24,000 nucleotides of DNA from Candidatus Heimdallarchaeota archaeon (GCA_020353515.1 CP070695.1:2436913-2460912); one strand, 5' to 3'. Positions 9,287 through 17,966 are shown, counted from the first letter of the stretch. Translations and numbers: made by a program. Notes: generated from the sequence alone by a model not told the origin.

Positions 9287-9359
9287 CAGCCCCGCCCAGA
9301 TTTGAACTGGGGTCGAGAGGGTCAAAGCCTCTTATGCTAGTCCACTACACCACGGGGCT
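9287..9359 (-). tRNA. tRNA-Gln (anticodon UUG)
   Basis: Minus-strand read: AGCCCCG TG GTGT AGTGGACTA GCAT A AGAGG CTTTGAC CCTCT CGAC CCCAG TTCAAAT CTGGG CGGGGCT G. The anticodon is TTG. The acceptor stem and T stem are identical to the neighbouring tRNA-Gln(CUG). No CCA is encoded. Confidence 0.88.
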
Positions 9360-9463
9360 TCAATATCTTTCTTTTTCTGATTGATAATATCCACTCTCAA
9401 AAATCTATATATCTGTTACTTTTGAATTGATTCTCTCAAAGAACCCTTTAAATTTCTCTGAAT

Positions 9464-10957
9464 TTAATTTCCATTATTTTTAGGAATTGAGAAAGAAAAA
9501 TTACTGCCTCCATCTTCTCCTTCTGATTCAACCCAGATTCTCCCCTCATGTAATTCGACAATGGATCTTGAAATATAAAGACCTAATCCAAGTCCTTGAC
9601 CTTGAACCCTGGTGACATTTTCGTTCTTTTGTAAATCAAAAATATTATCAAAATCATCAGGATGAATTCCTCTTCCCTCATCTTTAACTGAAATCACGTA
9701 CTCATGTGTAGTTTCTCTTATTGTAACGACAATTTCCCCCTCATCAGAAAATTTGACTGAGTTTTCTATCAAGTTGCGGAGTACTTGGTCAATCCTGTCT
9801 GGATCAATGTTTACTTTGTCAAATGATTCATCATCTTGTATCATATAACTTATCTTCAGGTTATTTTTCTCAACATATTTTTGCATATTTTTTACTGTAT
9901 TCACAACAATTTCTCTCAAATCAACTAACTCTTTTTCTAATTCAAATAAACCTCTCCTCAAACGAGCTAAATCATAACTCATATCGGTCATTTTTTCTAT
10001 TCGATGATAATTTCTTTGAATAACATTGAATGTTTTTTGACGTTGTTCCTTAGTTAAATTTCCTTTGTTTTCATCCCGATGGAGTAACTCGATATTCCCC
10101 CACATTATAGATAATGGTGTCCGCATCTCATGTGAGGCAAAATCCATCAACTGATTCTTAATTTCATCTAATTCCTTTAATTCTTCAAGTTGGAATTCAA
10201 TAATCTGCCACGCGATATCCCTTAGGTGTTTCCGAGTAAGGACAATTATAATAATACAGATTACTAATCCAACGGTATTTAAAACCCCTCCAATAAATAA
10301 GAAGTCTGTTGTCCGTCCAATGGCTTTGATTGTTTCCCCAATTCTACCAAACAACCATGCAACAGCAAAGAACTTCAAATATTCCTGTTTTACAAGGAAT
10401 TTTCCTTTTTTGGGGAAAAAAATGTTCGAAAACCTTTGTGAAAAGCAGGTTATTACAAAAAATCCAATTATTGATTCTGCTACCAATAGAAATAGGAAGT
10501 ACCATATATCTGTCAAGAACAATTGAAAAACCGATGCAAGGATCAGAGTTCCCCGATCAAGTAGTAAATATCTAAGTATGGAGAAAAAACCAAAAAACAA
10601 GCAAATTCCAACAAGAATTTTCTGAATTGTGTTTTGATATGAGAATTCTGCTTCTGCAATTACAAATAAAGATAGAAAAATTAACAAGGAAGTAATTGAA
10701 ATTATTGTTAAGACACTAGTAACAGTATTGAAAAATTCTAATCCTTGGCTGTACAAAGAGACATAGAGATACTGAGTAAAGTGATAACCAGTCATAGCAC
10801 TGTAGGTGACTAATAAAGCTTTGTTTATCTGCGTACGAAGGTCTTGACCATCAAGAAGATAGAATAATCCCATGAAAAGGAACAACAAGGATAAAATGGT
10901 ATTAGATACGTATATAAACGATAAATATATATTTGTTAATGTGATAGCCAATACCAT
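9464..10957 (-). CDS. Membrane sensor histidine kinase (multi-TM N-terminal domain + HisKA + HATPase_c)
   Basis: 497-aa ORF. About 240 aa of hydrophobic helices are followed by a coiled coil. The H-box is FASHEMRTPLS, the N-box is LRNLIENSVKF, and the G-boxes are DEGRGI and GQGLGLGLYISRSIVELHEGRIWVES. No response regulator is adjacent. Confidence 0.88.
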   Translation of the reverse strand: MVLAITLTNIYLSFIYVSNTILSLLFLFMGLFYLLDGQDLRTQINKALLVTYSAMTGYHFTQYLYVSLYSQGLEFFNTVTSVLTIISITSLLIFLSLFVIAEAEFSYQNTIQKILVGICLFFGFFSILRYLLLDRGTLILASVFQLFLTDIWYFLFLLVAESIIGFFVITCFSQRFSNIFFPKKGKFLVKQEYLKFFAVAWLFGRIGETIKAIGRTTDFLFIGGVLNTVGLVICIIIIVLTRKHLRDIAWQIIEFQLEELKELDEIKNQLMDFASHEMRTPLSIMWGNIELLHRDENKGNLTKEQRQKTFNVIQRNYHRIEKMTDMSYDLARLRRGLFELEKELVDLREIVVNTVKNMQKYVEKNNLKISYMIQDDESFDKVNIDPDRIDQVLRNLIENSVKFSDEGEIVVTIRETTHEYVISVKDEGRGIHPDDFDNIFDLQKNENVTRVQGQGLGLGLYISRSIVELHEGRIWVESEGEDGGSNFSFSIPKNNGN

Positions 10958-11131
10958 TTCACCTTATATCAAAATTCGAGATTTTTGGAAGCACTCTTAA
11001 ATTAACCCAAAATATAACTTCAAGATTAGAGTGTCCTCTTTTCTCTAAATCAACAATATTATGTAAAAATAACTAAACATATCTAGAGAACTTGTTCTGA
11101 AATTCAGCAAAAAAATTGATTTATTGCCTAG

Positions 11132-12289
11132 TTAAGATACAGGTTTCCACAAAATGCCAAGCTCTTCAGCTTTATCACGAGCTAGGGTCAATTCTTCAAA
11201 GGTAATCCCTCGATTGATTTCGTTAAACTTATCACTGTGCCTACGAACCTGATGCATTGGCCGATATTGCCCCATTATATTAACCAACGCTTTTGGGACG
11301 TTTTTAGCACACCATTCTAAGATTGGGTAAGTATCAGCTTCTATTCGCCCTGGCATTACTAAATGTCGAATTACAATCTCACCAGATCCTTGATCGTGCG
11401 CCATTTTTATGTTCCGAGTAATTACTTCCCAATAATTTGGGATTTTGGACATCCGTTGAGCAAAATGGTTATCAGCGTATTTTAAATCAGGAAGCCAGAA
11501 ATCCATGACTTCTAGCAAAAGTTTCATCCCCTCAATACTAAGATACATATTTGAATTCCATAATTGACAAATATTAACCTTGAAATCATGTAAAGAATAC
11601 AGAATAACATGAAGGTTCGAGGTAGGATCACCACCAACCCAATTAATGTTCCGGGCTCCTTCACGTGCTAGTGCTCCTGCTATAAGGGCAATTTGTTGAG
11701 GAGTTCGATCAACCCCGTCAAGAATTTCCCCACTTTTTGTATCTCGCCATTCTTGACTTATGGAATGATTCTGACAAAAAACACATTTAAATGTGCATCC
11801 TGAGAAAAAAATTGTTCCTGAAGGTCTTAAGACTGTCTCTTCTCCTGTATGCAGAAAAGCAGAACTAACAATTGCATCCTTTCCTACTTTACAAACACCA
11901 AGTTCCCCAGTTTCACGATTTTTCTGACATTTACGCTCACAAAAACAACATTCTTTCAGCATCTCATTAGCAATTTTAATCTTCAAATCAAGAAAGGAAG
12001 GCTTTACTGATGCCGGAACTTTATTTGAGTGAACTCCTTGATCATATTCTGTTATAAAGGATGAAAATTCTTGAGTCAATCGTTCGTGTTCTTGCCAGAG
12101 AGTAGATAAATCACTATTTAATTTGATATCTGTCGAAATTCCTTTTGCTAAAAGATAGCGTGCGATTTTTTCTTCTTTAATTAGTTGATAATAGCGGTTT
12201 AGGCGACTAACAACTTCAGGGATTTTCCATACAGAAACAGAATCAGGTCGTGTACGCCACATTTTTCTCTGATATATTTTGAACCTCAC
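11132..12289 (-). CDS. Radical SAM enzyme, PflX-like (COG1313, pyruvate formate-lyase-activase-related)
   Basis: 385-aa ORF. The CxxxCxxC radical SAM cluster motif is in FFSGCTFKCVFCQNHSISQ. An upstream Cys-rich segment is CCFCERKCQKNRETGELGVCKV, and HTGEETVLRPSGTIFF is typical of the PflX family. Confidence 0.78.
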   Translation of the reverse strand: MRFKIYQRKMWRTRPDSVSVWKIPEVVSRLNRYYQLIKEEKIARYLLAKGISTDIKLNSDLSTLWQEHERLTQEFSSFITEYDQGVHSNKVPASVKPSFLDLKIKIANEMLKECCFCERKCQKNRETGELGVCKVGKDAIVSSAFLHTGEETVLRPSGTIFFSGCTFKCVFCQNHSISQEWRDTKSGEILDGVDRTPQQIALIAGALAREGARNINWVGGDPTSNLHVILYSLHDFKVNICQLWNSNMYLSIEGMKLLLEVMDFWLPDLKYADNHFAQRMSKIPNYWEVITRNIKMAHDQGSGEIVIRHLVMPGRIEADTYPILEWCAKNVPKALVNIMGQYRPMHQVRRHSDKFNEINRGITFEELTLARDKAEELGILWKPVS

Positions 12290-12362
12290 ATATTAAAAAA
12301 TGTCTAGAAGATTATAGGATTCTATTCTGTGATAACCACATTTTCAAGAATGTACAGACATT

Positions 12363-13154
12363 TTACAGAAATGTGAGTAAGAATAATGTTGAAATACCGA
12401 CTAATATGAAAATTAAACCCATAGCAAATGTTAAAGTTGTTTCATTTAACCTGTTTGAAAATACGGAACCCACACTACCACTAATTACCGCCCCAATGCT
12501 AATAATCAATCCATATTCAAAATTAATGTATCCCTGAATTGAATACCCTATCACACCTGAAAGAGCAATGATTGCCATGATCGCTGTCGCTGTCCCAACA
12601 GCAGTATGAGGGGGATACTGGAATATCACCAATAACACGAAAATTATCATCATCCCGCCCCCTGCTCCAAATATTCCACTCATTAAACCGATAAATAATC
12701 CGATCGATGATATAACAATCTCTTTTTGCCGTTCTGACTGAAATATTACTTTTTGTGATCCTGTTTTTTCAGGAGTCTTTCGTTGTTTGAAACTCCTAAA
12801 CAGGATGATTATCCCGATTCCAATGAAAATCAAGCAAACTAAATTACTTAAAGAAGCTTCACCTGTATTTACAGCCACTAGTACTCCTATTTGGGAACCC
12901 ACTAAGGCAGTAATAATTAATAGGAGAGTAGCGCGTAAATCGACTTTTTCCTTACGAAAAAAAGATATAGCAACAATGGTGGCACCAACCATATCAACGA
13001 ATAAACTTGTTCCAATCGCAGAATAGATTGACGTTGAGTAGAATAGGAGGAGGATAGGGACAACAAACACAGATCCGCTTACGCCAAGAAGACTGATAAT
13101 AAGTCCCACAGCTAATCCTAATATCAAGAGGCTACTTAGAGTTAAGAAATCCAA
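12363..13154 (-). CDS. TSUP / TauE-SafE family anion (sulfite-type) permease
   Basis: 263-aa polytopic membrane protein with two internal halves. Each half has G-rich motifs (LLGVSGSVFVVP and IFGAGGGMMII). The start is TTG, preceded by AGGTGA 6 nt upstream, immediately after the stop codon of the upstream gene. Confidence 0.78.
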   Translation of the reverse strand: MDFLTLSSLLILGLAVGLIISLLGVSGSVFVVPILLLFYSTSIYSAIGTSLFVDMVGATIVAISFFRKEKVDLRATLLLIITALVGSQIGVLVAVNTGEASLSNLVCLIFIGIGIIILFRSFKQRKTPEKTGSQKVIFQSERQKEIVISSIGLFIGLMSGIFGAGGGMMIIFVLLVIFQYPPHTAVGTATAIMAIIALSGVIGYSIQGYINFEYGLIISIGAVISGSVGSVFSNRLNETTLTFAMGLIFILVGISTLFLLTFL

Positions 13155-13167
13155 CGTTTTTCACCTC

Positions 13168-14154
13168 TCAGATCATTTCTGGATTGAGTGTTCGATTATC
13201 AAACTGAGTTTTCAACTTATTGTATTCCATACGACTAAATGGACACTCTTTAATGCAAACAGAACATCCATGATAGTCTAAAAACACAGGAAAACAGTAC
13301 TCATTTGTAATATGCGTCAATAGGCCATTTTCATGTAAAGTGGGTTCTTCTTGAATAGCAAATCCAGGGCATTTTCGGATGCAACGACCACACGTTTGAC
13401 AAAAGTGTGCTATCCATTCGTGAGGATTTCCTTGCGCAATTGGTAAATTCTCAATACTAGTGTAGATAGCTGTGAGTCTTACTCGTGGCCCGTTTTCAGG
13501 AGTGATTATTAAACCATGTCTCCCATGGTATCCAATTCCAGCAAGTTCTGCAAGAGGAGGATATAGTACTAAACCTCCCAACGGATGCCCTGCTTGAACA
13601 GAAAAACCTTCTTGTCTAAGAAATGTAGTCAAGCGATTTGATGTTTTACCAAGATCATCATATGTTTGCATTATCATATAAGCTGTTTCTGAACTTGGTG
13701 CTTTCTCTATTTTATCTCTATCCATTTCCATTGAAAGAATGATGACATTTTCGTGTAAAACAGCCTTATCTTTAAAAATCAATTTTCTTGGCAGCTTTAT
13801 ATACCCGATTGACGAGATTCCTAGTGATTTTGCATAGTTCTCAAAGGCTTGAAGTTGTTCATCTGTAATCGTTTTTTTCGAAACAACAGGATTTTGATCA
13901 ATTGTTGTTAATGATCTCTTGATATTCTTGATATTAGAGGGCATTACTCGCATTGTTCGAAATGAAGTAATCGGAAGTCTAGAATAATGCTTTACACCTT
14001 CGAGTACTATATCAAATCGCTCTGGTGATTCCTTATTACTCTTGATAACATTTTTATGACTGCTAAACTTAGATTCTTTGTTTAAAATACTCTGAAATTG
14101 CCATGTGGCCAAAGAATTCACAAAAAAATTCATTAGTCTAGCTCTGATACCCAT
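13168..14154 (-). CDS. QueG / reductive-dehalogenase-superfamily iron-sulfur protein (2 x 4Fe-4S ferredoxin motifs)
   Basis: 328-aa ORF. The core AELAGIGYHGRHGLIITPENGPRVRLTAIYTSIENLP resembles the QueG/RdhA block. It is followed by CQTCGRCIRKCP and CSVCIKECP cluster motifs. No twin-arginine signal is seen. Confidence 0.6.
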   Translation of the reverse strand: MGIRARLMNFFVNSLATWQFQSILNKESKFSSHKNVIKSNKESPERFDIVLEGVKHYSRLPITSFRTMRVMPSNIKNIKRSLTTIDQNPVVSKKTITDEQLQAFENYAKSLGISSIGYIKLPRKLIFKDKAVLHENVIILSMEMDRDKIEKAPSSETAYMIMQTYDDLGKTSNRLTTFLRQEGFSVQAGHPLGGLVLYPPLAELAGIGYHGRHGLIITPENGPRVRLTAIYTSIENLPIAQGNPHEWIAHFCQTCGRCIRKCPGFAIQEEPTLHENGLLTHITNEYCFPVFLDYHGCSVCIKECPFSRMEYNKLKTQFDNRTLNPEMI

Positions 14155-14230
14155 ATCGGCACCTGAAACGAGATAACAATGCTGTTTTCATATCTATTTT
14201 GCAGAGTTTTTTAAATCACATTAAAAATTG

Positions 14231-14956
14231 TCATTCTATCATCTCATTGATTTGTTTTACAATCGCTGAGATCATGATATCAACAATTACTTTTCCTTTT
14301 TCTCGTGTTGCTACGGTGGGATCCCCCCAGATTCCAGTTGGAGAAAAATGACCATCACCTTTTGGATCTCGTGTTAATCCTCTTCTATTTGGTCTCAAAT
14401 CTAAATCTTTGACCGCTTTGGACATATCCACTGTATCAGGAGCTATGTGAAGCATGATGGAAGTTTCTTCTTCATCAGCGTGAGATCCTCCCTCTTGAAC
14501 AAGTAGATTATCGGGTAATTCTTTGGAGATGTCTAGGACATTGAAATACTTTAGAGTTATATTTTCCTCACCTAGGATCTTTGCTGCCTGTTCTAATGGC
14601 AGGAGAGTAGAAACTCCAGTGTTTAGTATGTAAAATTTCTTAATTCCATACAAACTCATTGATTGACAAATCTCTACTACTATACTGCAGAAAGTTTCCT
14701 TTTTGAGTGTAATAGAGCCTGGATATTCTGTAAATGCGGGATAATACCCATACTGTAGTGTTGGAAGCACAATTGTAGGAATTTTGTCTTTCACTTGTTC
14801 TTTAAGAAATTCTGCTAACAAGAAATCGTTATTCAGTTGTAAATGGGGCCCATGTTCTTTGGTACGAGCTCCTAGAGCTATTAGAGCTACTTCATAGCTA
14901 TTAATAGTTTCTTCTGCCTCAATCCATGTTAAGTTCTCTAATTCTATACTTTTCAT
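14231..14956 (-). CDS. Creatininase-fold amidohydrolase (creatinine amidohydrolase / ArfB-MftE-like family)
   Basis: 241-aa ORF. Family hallmarks: an early metal-ligand region (TKEHGPHLQLNNDF), YGYYPAF...PGSITL, and GGSHADEEETSIMLHIAPDTV. Confidence 0.72.
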   Translation of the reverse strand: MKSIELENLTWIEAEETINSYEVALIALGARTKEHGPHLQLNNDFLLAEFLKEQVKDKIPTIVLPTLQYGYYPAFTEYPGSITLKKETFCSIVVEICQSMSLYGIKKFYILNTGVSTLLPLEQAAKILGEENITLKYFNVLDISKELPDNLLVQEGGSHADEEETSIMLHIAPDTVDMSKAVKDLDLRPNRRGLTRDPKGDGHFSPTGIWGDPTVATREKGKVIVDIMISAIVKQINEMIE

Positions 14957-15109
14957 CCCAATCTACTTCAATTTACTAATACATGATTTTTGATTAGATA
15001 GAAAGAGAGATAATCATTGCATATTAAGATTATTCTTGTCTTCTTAAAAGTAATTTCTGATAAATCATCAAAGGAATAATGCATTTTCCTGAATTTTAAG
15101 GCGAAATTT

Positions 15110-15871
15110 ATGGAAGAAAAGAAAGAGAATACTTTTACTAGTCTTTTTGATGATGCTAAAGCCGTAGATATTAGAGGATGGGACTTTTCTTACGTTAAGG
15201 AGAGGATGACTTCAGAACCTCTTCCTTGGGACTATAGAAAGATAATCCTTCCATATGTAAAAAAAGCAAACTGCATGTTAGACATGGGTACTGGAGGAGG
15301 AGAATTTCTATCATCATTAGATCCATTACCAAAGGTTACATTTGCAACAGAAGCGTATCCCCCCAATATTCCTATTGCAAAAGAGACACTTGATGGCTAT
15401 AACGTTAAATTAGTTCCAGTAACACAACACGAAAAACTACCTTTACCTGATGATTTCTTTGATCTGATAATCAATCGTCATGAATACTATTGCCCAGAAG
15501 AAATATACAGAATACTTAAACCTCAAGGAATATTTATTACCCAACAAGTAGGACGACTCAATAATATTGAATTAAATCGATTTTTTGGTGATGTGAGTTA
15601 CAAAGATTGGGAATGGGATCTAAAATACGCATCACAACAATTGAAGACGAATGGATTCAGCATACTTAACAGTGAAGAAGCCACAATAAATGAATATTTT
15701 AGAGATATTGGAGCAGTAGTGTTTTATCTGCGTATAATCTCATGGCAGATCCCTAATTTCAATATTGATGAAAACATCAAGAAATTTAAGGAATTACATT
15801 CAATAATTCAGAAAGATGGACTATTCAAAACTCATGCTCATCGATTTTTGATTATCGTAAAAAAAGAATGA
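15110..15871 (+). CDS. Class I SAM-dependent methyltransferase
   Basis: 253-aa ORF. Motif I is MLDMGTGGGEFL, followed by the acidic loop and the post-II block (DLIINRHEYY...LKPQGIFITQQ). Confidence 0.75.
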   Translation: MEEKKENTFTSLFDDAKAVDIRGWDFSYVKERMTSEPLPWDYRKIILPYVKKANCMLDMGTGGGEFLSSLDPLPKVTFATEAYPPNIPIAKETLDGYNVKLVPVTQHEKLPLPDDFFDLIINRHEYYCPEEIYRILKPQGIFITQQVGRLNNIELNRFFGDVSYKDWEWDLKYASQQLKTNGFSILNSEEATINEYFRDIGAVVFYLRIISWQIPNFNIDENIKKFKELHSIIQKDGLFKTHAHRFLIIVKKE

Positions 15872-16091
15872 AATTAACAACATTAAGTTGAAAATACTGC
15901 ATTTCCATTGATTTAATCTACAAATAGCTTTTGAAATCCCAGGAAAGGAGCCACTGTTACATTAAAACGAGTTTTTCTTCTATATGCCTTTAAAATACAA
16001 TAATCAGATTCTCTAATTTGGATAAATTCTTATATTCTCAATGTGATTATTTGTTTATCCAATAGTTATCTTGGAAAGGTGAAAATAACAA

Positions 16092-16430
16092 TTGGCTACA
16101 GTAACTTTATGCTGGCAAATCTCTAATATCCTTTTGTTATTCACCTTATTCATAGCTGTCCTCGGCTTATTAAGTCGAATTCATTGGATTTCGATTGGTC
16201 GTATCAGTAGATATAATGTTTCTTTTTTATTATTTTATATATTTAGTATTTGTGCGATATTTTTGCAATGGTTAGTTATTAATGGTTCTTTGATGTTCTT
16301 GCCGTCTTCATCAACCTATACTTATATCGCTCTTTGGTTCAAGGGGGCCTTATGTTCTTTAATCTTGTCCTCATTCTTTCTTATCTACATTGGTCAGCAC
16401 AGTTTTGTGATTAGAAAATTTTCGACATAA
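16092..16430 (+). CDS. Membrane protein, N-terminal 3-TM segment of a probably interrupted 7TM sensor gene
   Basis: 112-aa hydrophobic ORF. The start is TTG with GGTGA 9 nt upstream. It ends at TAA 16428-16430, in the same reading frame as the next ORF. Confidence 0.5.
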   Translation: MATVTLCWQISNILLLFTLFIAVLGLLSRIHWISIGRISRYNVSFLLFYIFSICAIFLQWLVINGSLMFLPSSSTYTYIALWFKGALCSLILSSFFLIYIGQHSFVIRKFST

Positions 16431-16481
16431 AAATACTATTCACACTTTATCGCAGTATTTTATTTCTTTTGTATTGGAATC

Positions 16482-17162
16482 TTGATCTTTTTAATATTCA
16501 CTGATGTAACAGTAATTGATATTATTGATAATAGCCCCTCGTTCGATTTTAATCCTCCTATTACTCTTGTTTTAACTGCTTTATATGGCTCACTCAGTGG
16601 AGGATTGTTCGCTTTTATCTCATTGCGATCGAGAATCCGAACGTTTAAAGAACCAGTTAAGGATTTAATACCAATATATCCATTTTATCTAGGGTTCACT
16701 TTAATTGGAGGATGTTGCCTCATATTTATTGGTTTCATTATAATTTTTGATCCAGTTCTAGGTTCTATGTGGCCATGCTTACGGATGTTCTTATCTTCCA
16801 CTATCTATCTTATCTTCTTATGGTTTCCAACAATGGAATCAATGTTTGAGATCTTTTTTCAAAGCCGTATGGACAGAATTGAAACAGTACTGGGTAGGGA
16901 CAAAGTATTAGACATTATCGATCACGATCTAGCTAATGTTACACAGATTCTCCATACATATTTTGAAACAATTCAACTATCTGATCAGGAGAGAGAGTTT
17001 TTAAAGAAGCAAGTTGACCGCATGAACAAACTAATAACAGAATCACGAGCTATAGTGATACACGAAGATGATATGTTAGTACAGGAATTAATGAGATTTT
17101 ACAAATCAACACGTGTTCAAAACAATCTTTTAGATAAATCCAAAACAAAAAAAGAAGCCTAA
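16482..17162 (+). CDS. Membrane protein with 4 TM helices plus a HisKA-like (DHp) domain and no ATPase domain; continuation of the preceding ORF
   Basis: 226-aa ORF in frame with 16092-16430. The frame is open from 16431, and the first TM helix (HFIAVFYFFCIGILIFLIFT) starts upstream of the called TTG. The C-terminal region LDIIDHDLANVTQILHTYFETIQLSDQEREFLKKQVDRMNKLITESRAI fits the histidine-kinase H-box/DHp pattern. No N/G1/G2 boxes follow. Confidence 0.55.
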   Translation: MIFLIFTDVTVIDIIDNSPSFDFNPPITLVLTALYGSLSGGLFAFISLRSRIRTFKEPVKDLIPIYPFYLGFTLIGGCCLIFIGFIIIFDPVLGSMWPCLRMFLSSTIYLIFLWFPTMESMFEIFFQSRMDRIETVLGRDKVLDIIDHDLANVTQILHTYFETIQLSDQEREFLKKQVDRMNKLITESRAIVIHEDDMLVQELMRFYKSTRVQNNLLDKSKTKKEA

Positions 17163-17318
17163 AACCATTAATTTTCTGTACCGACTGGATTCTATAATAC
17201 TTTCTTGCCATTTAATAGAATGGATGATTCATTGGGATTTGTAAATCCATTTAGTAAGGTTAAAAAATTCTTACTCATTTATTACATATTTTCATAAAAA
17301 ACAGCAGGTGAATATTAG

Positions 17319-17939
17319 ATGAAAACAAATCAAGTAATAAAAATAATAATTCCATTAGTACTCTTATTGGGTGCCGCTACTGCTTTTATTGTTGCGGTTA
17401 TTGGTAGCCAGCAAGTGAATACTACAGCAGAGACTCAAGAGTCAAATCAAGCTACTAGTGCCTACATAGCTTTCCTCTATATTGAAGGTGTTGATGGTGA
17501 AGCTCAAGCACAGGATCATGAAAATTGGATTGAGGTTCTTGCTTATTCCCATAATGTTATGACCGCGGATCCAACAGGTGCAGTCCGCACTGCAGGCTCA
17601 GTACAGCACGCTCCACTTCGGATTACCAAAATGGTAGATAAGGCCTCACCTAAACTGTACGAAAAGTGTGTTAACGGTGAAACGATCGTTTCAGTAAAAC
17701 TGGATTGCTGCACAGCCTTTGGCGAAGACTTGAAAGTGTTCTATCAAATTGAACTGCAGAATGCAATGATCACTTCAGCTCAAGATTTTGGTATAGTAGC
17801 AGGAGAAGGAATTCCTACTGAGACTGTTTCTTTCACATATGAATCCATTAGATGGACATATTCGGAATTTGATGCTGCAGGTCAAAAAAAGGGAGATATA
17901 CAAACACCTTGGATCTCCACAGAGACCTCAGAAACCTAA
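17319..17939 (+). CDS. Hcp/TssD-family (type VI secretion tube protein fold) protein with N-terminal signal peptide or signal anchor
   Basis: 206-aa ORF with AGGTGA 7 nt upstream of the ATG. aa 1-30 are K-rich plus a hydrophobic helix (IIIPLVLLLGAATAFIVAVIG), followed by a polar linker. From aa ~48 the sequence aligns block by block with Hcp1: IAFLYIEGVDGEAQAQDHENWIEVLAYSHNV, LRITKMVDKASPKLYEKCVNGE, YQIELQNAMITS and PTETVSFTYESIRWTY. Confidence 0.85.
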   Translation: MKTNQVIKIIIPLVLLLGAATAFIVAVIGSQQVNTTAETQESNQATSAYIAFLYIEGVDGEAQAQDHENWIEVLAYSHNVMTADPTGAVRTAGSVQHAPLRITKMVDKASPKLYEKCVNGETIVSVKLDCCTAFGEDLKVFYQIELQNAMITSAQDFGIVAGEGIPTETVSFTYESIRWTYSEFDAAGQKKGDIQTPWISTETSET

Positions 17940-17966
17940 TAAATCAAGAAAAACCGTTGACCAATA

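Noticed and set aside
7392-9359. Possibility that the whole window is bacterial because GlnRS looks E. coli-like
   Set aside because: Two PGF-CTERM sorting signals, A1-U72 tRNA-Gln genes without encoded CCA, and oligo-T termination and TATA-like intergenic patterns all point to an archaeon. Only marker-gene phylogeny can settle this, so the doubt is kept in the finding.
16428-16430. In-frame TAA as a sign of stop-codon reassignment
   Set aside because: TAA ends many well-supported genes in this same window (for example at 123, 1615, 9108 and 9464). TGA is also used as a normal stop (3019, 7276, 13168), and the only TAG noted closes the frameshifted sulfatase stub at 21867-21869. A mutation, an assembly error or two separate genes is more likely.
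17190-17240. Imperfect inverted repeat (ATTCTAT ... ATAGAAT, ~22-nt spacer) upstream of the Hcp-like gene
   Set aside because: Only 7 bp are perfect and the sequence is AT-rich, so this could be coincidence. It is noted only as a place to look if a regulator-binding site is sought.
17319-17939. Interpreting the Hcp homologue as evidence for a type VI secretion locus
   Set aside because: No sheath, baseplate, spike, membrane-complex or ClpV genes are present in the window. The protein also carries a Sec-type leader, which is incompatible with canonical T6SS export. It is reported instead as an orphan, repurposed Hcp-fold protein.
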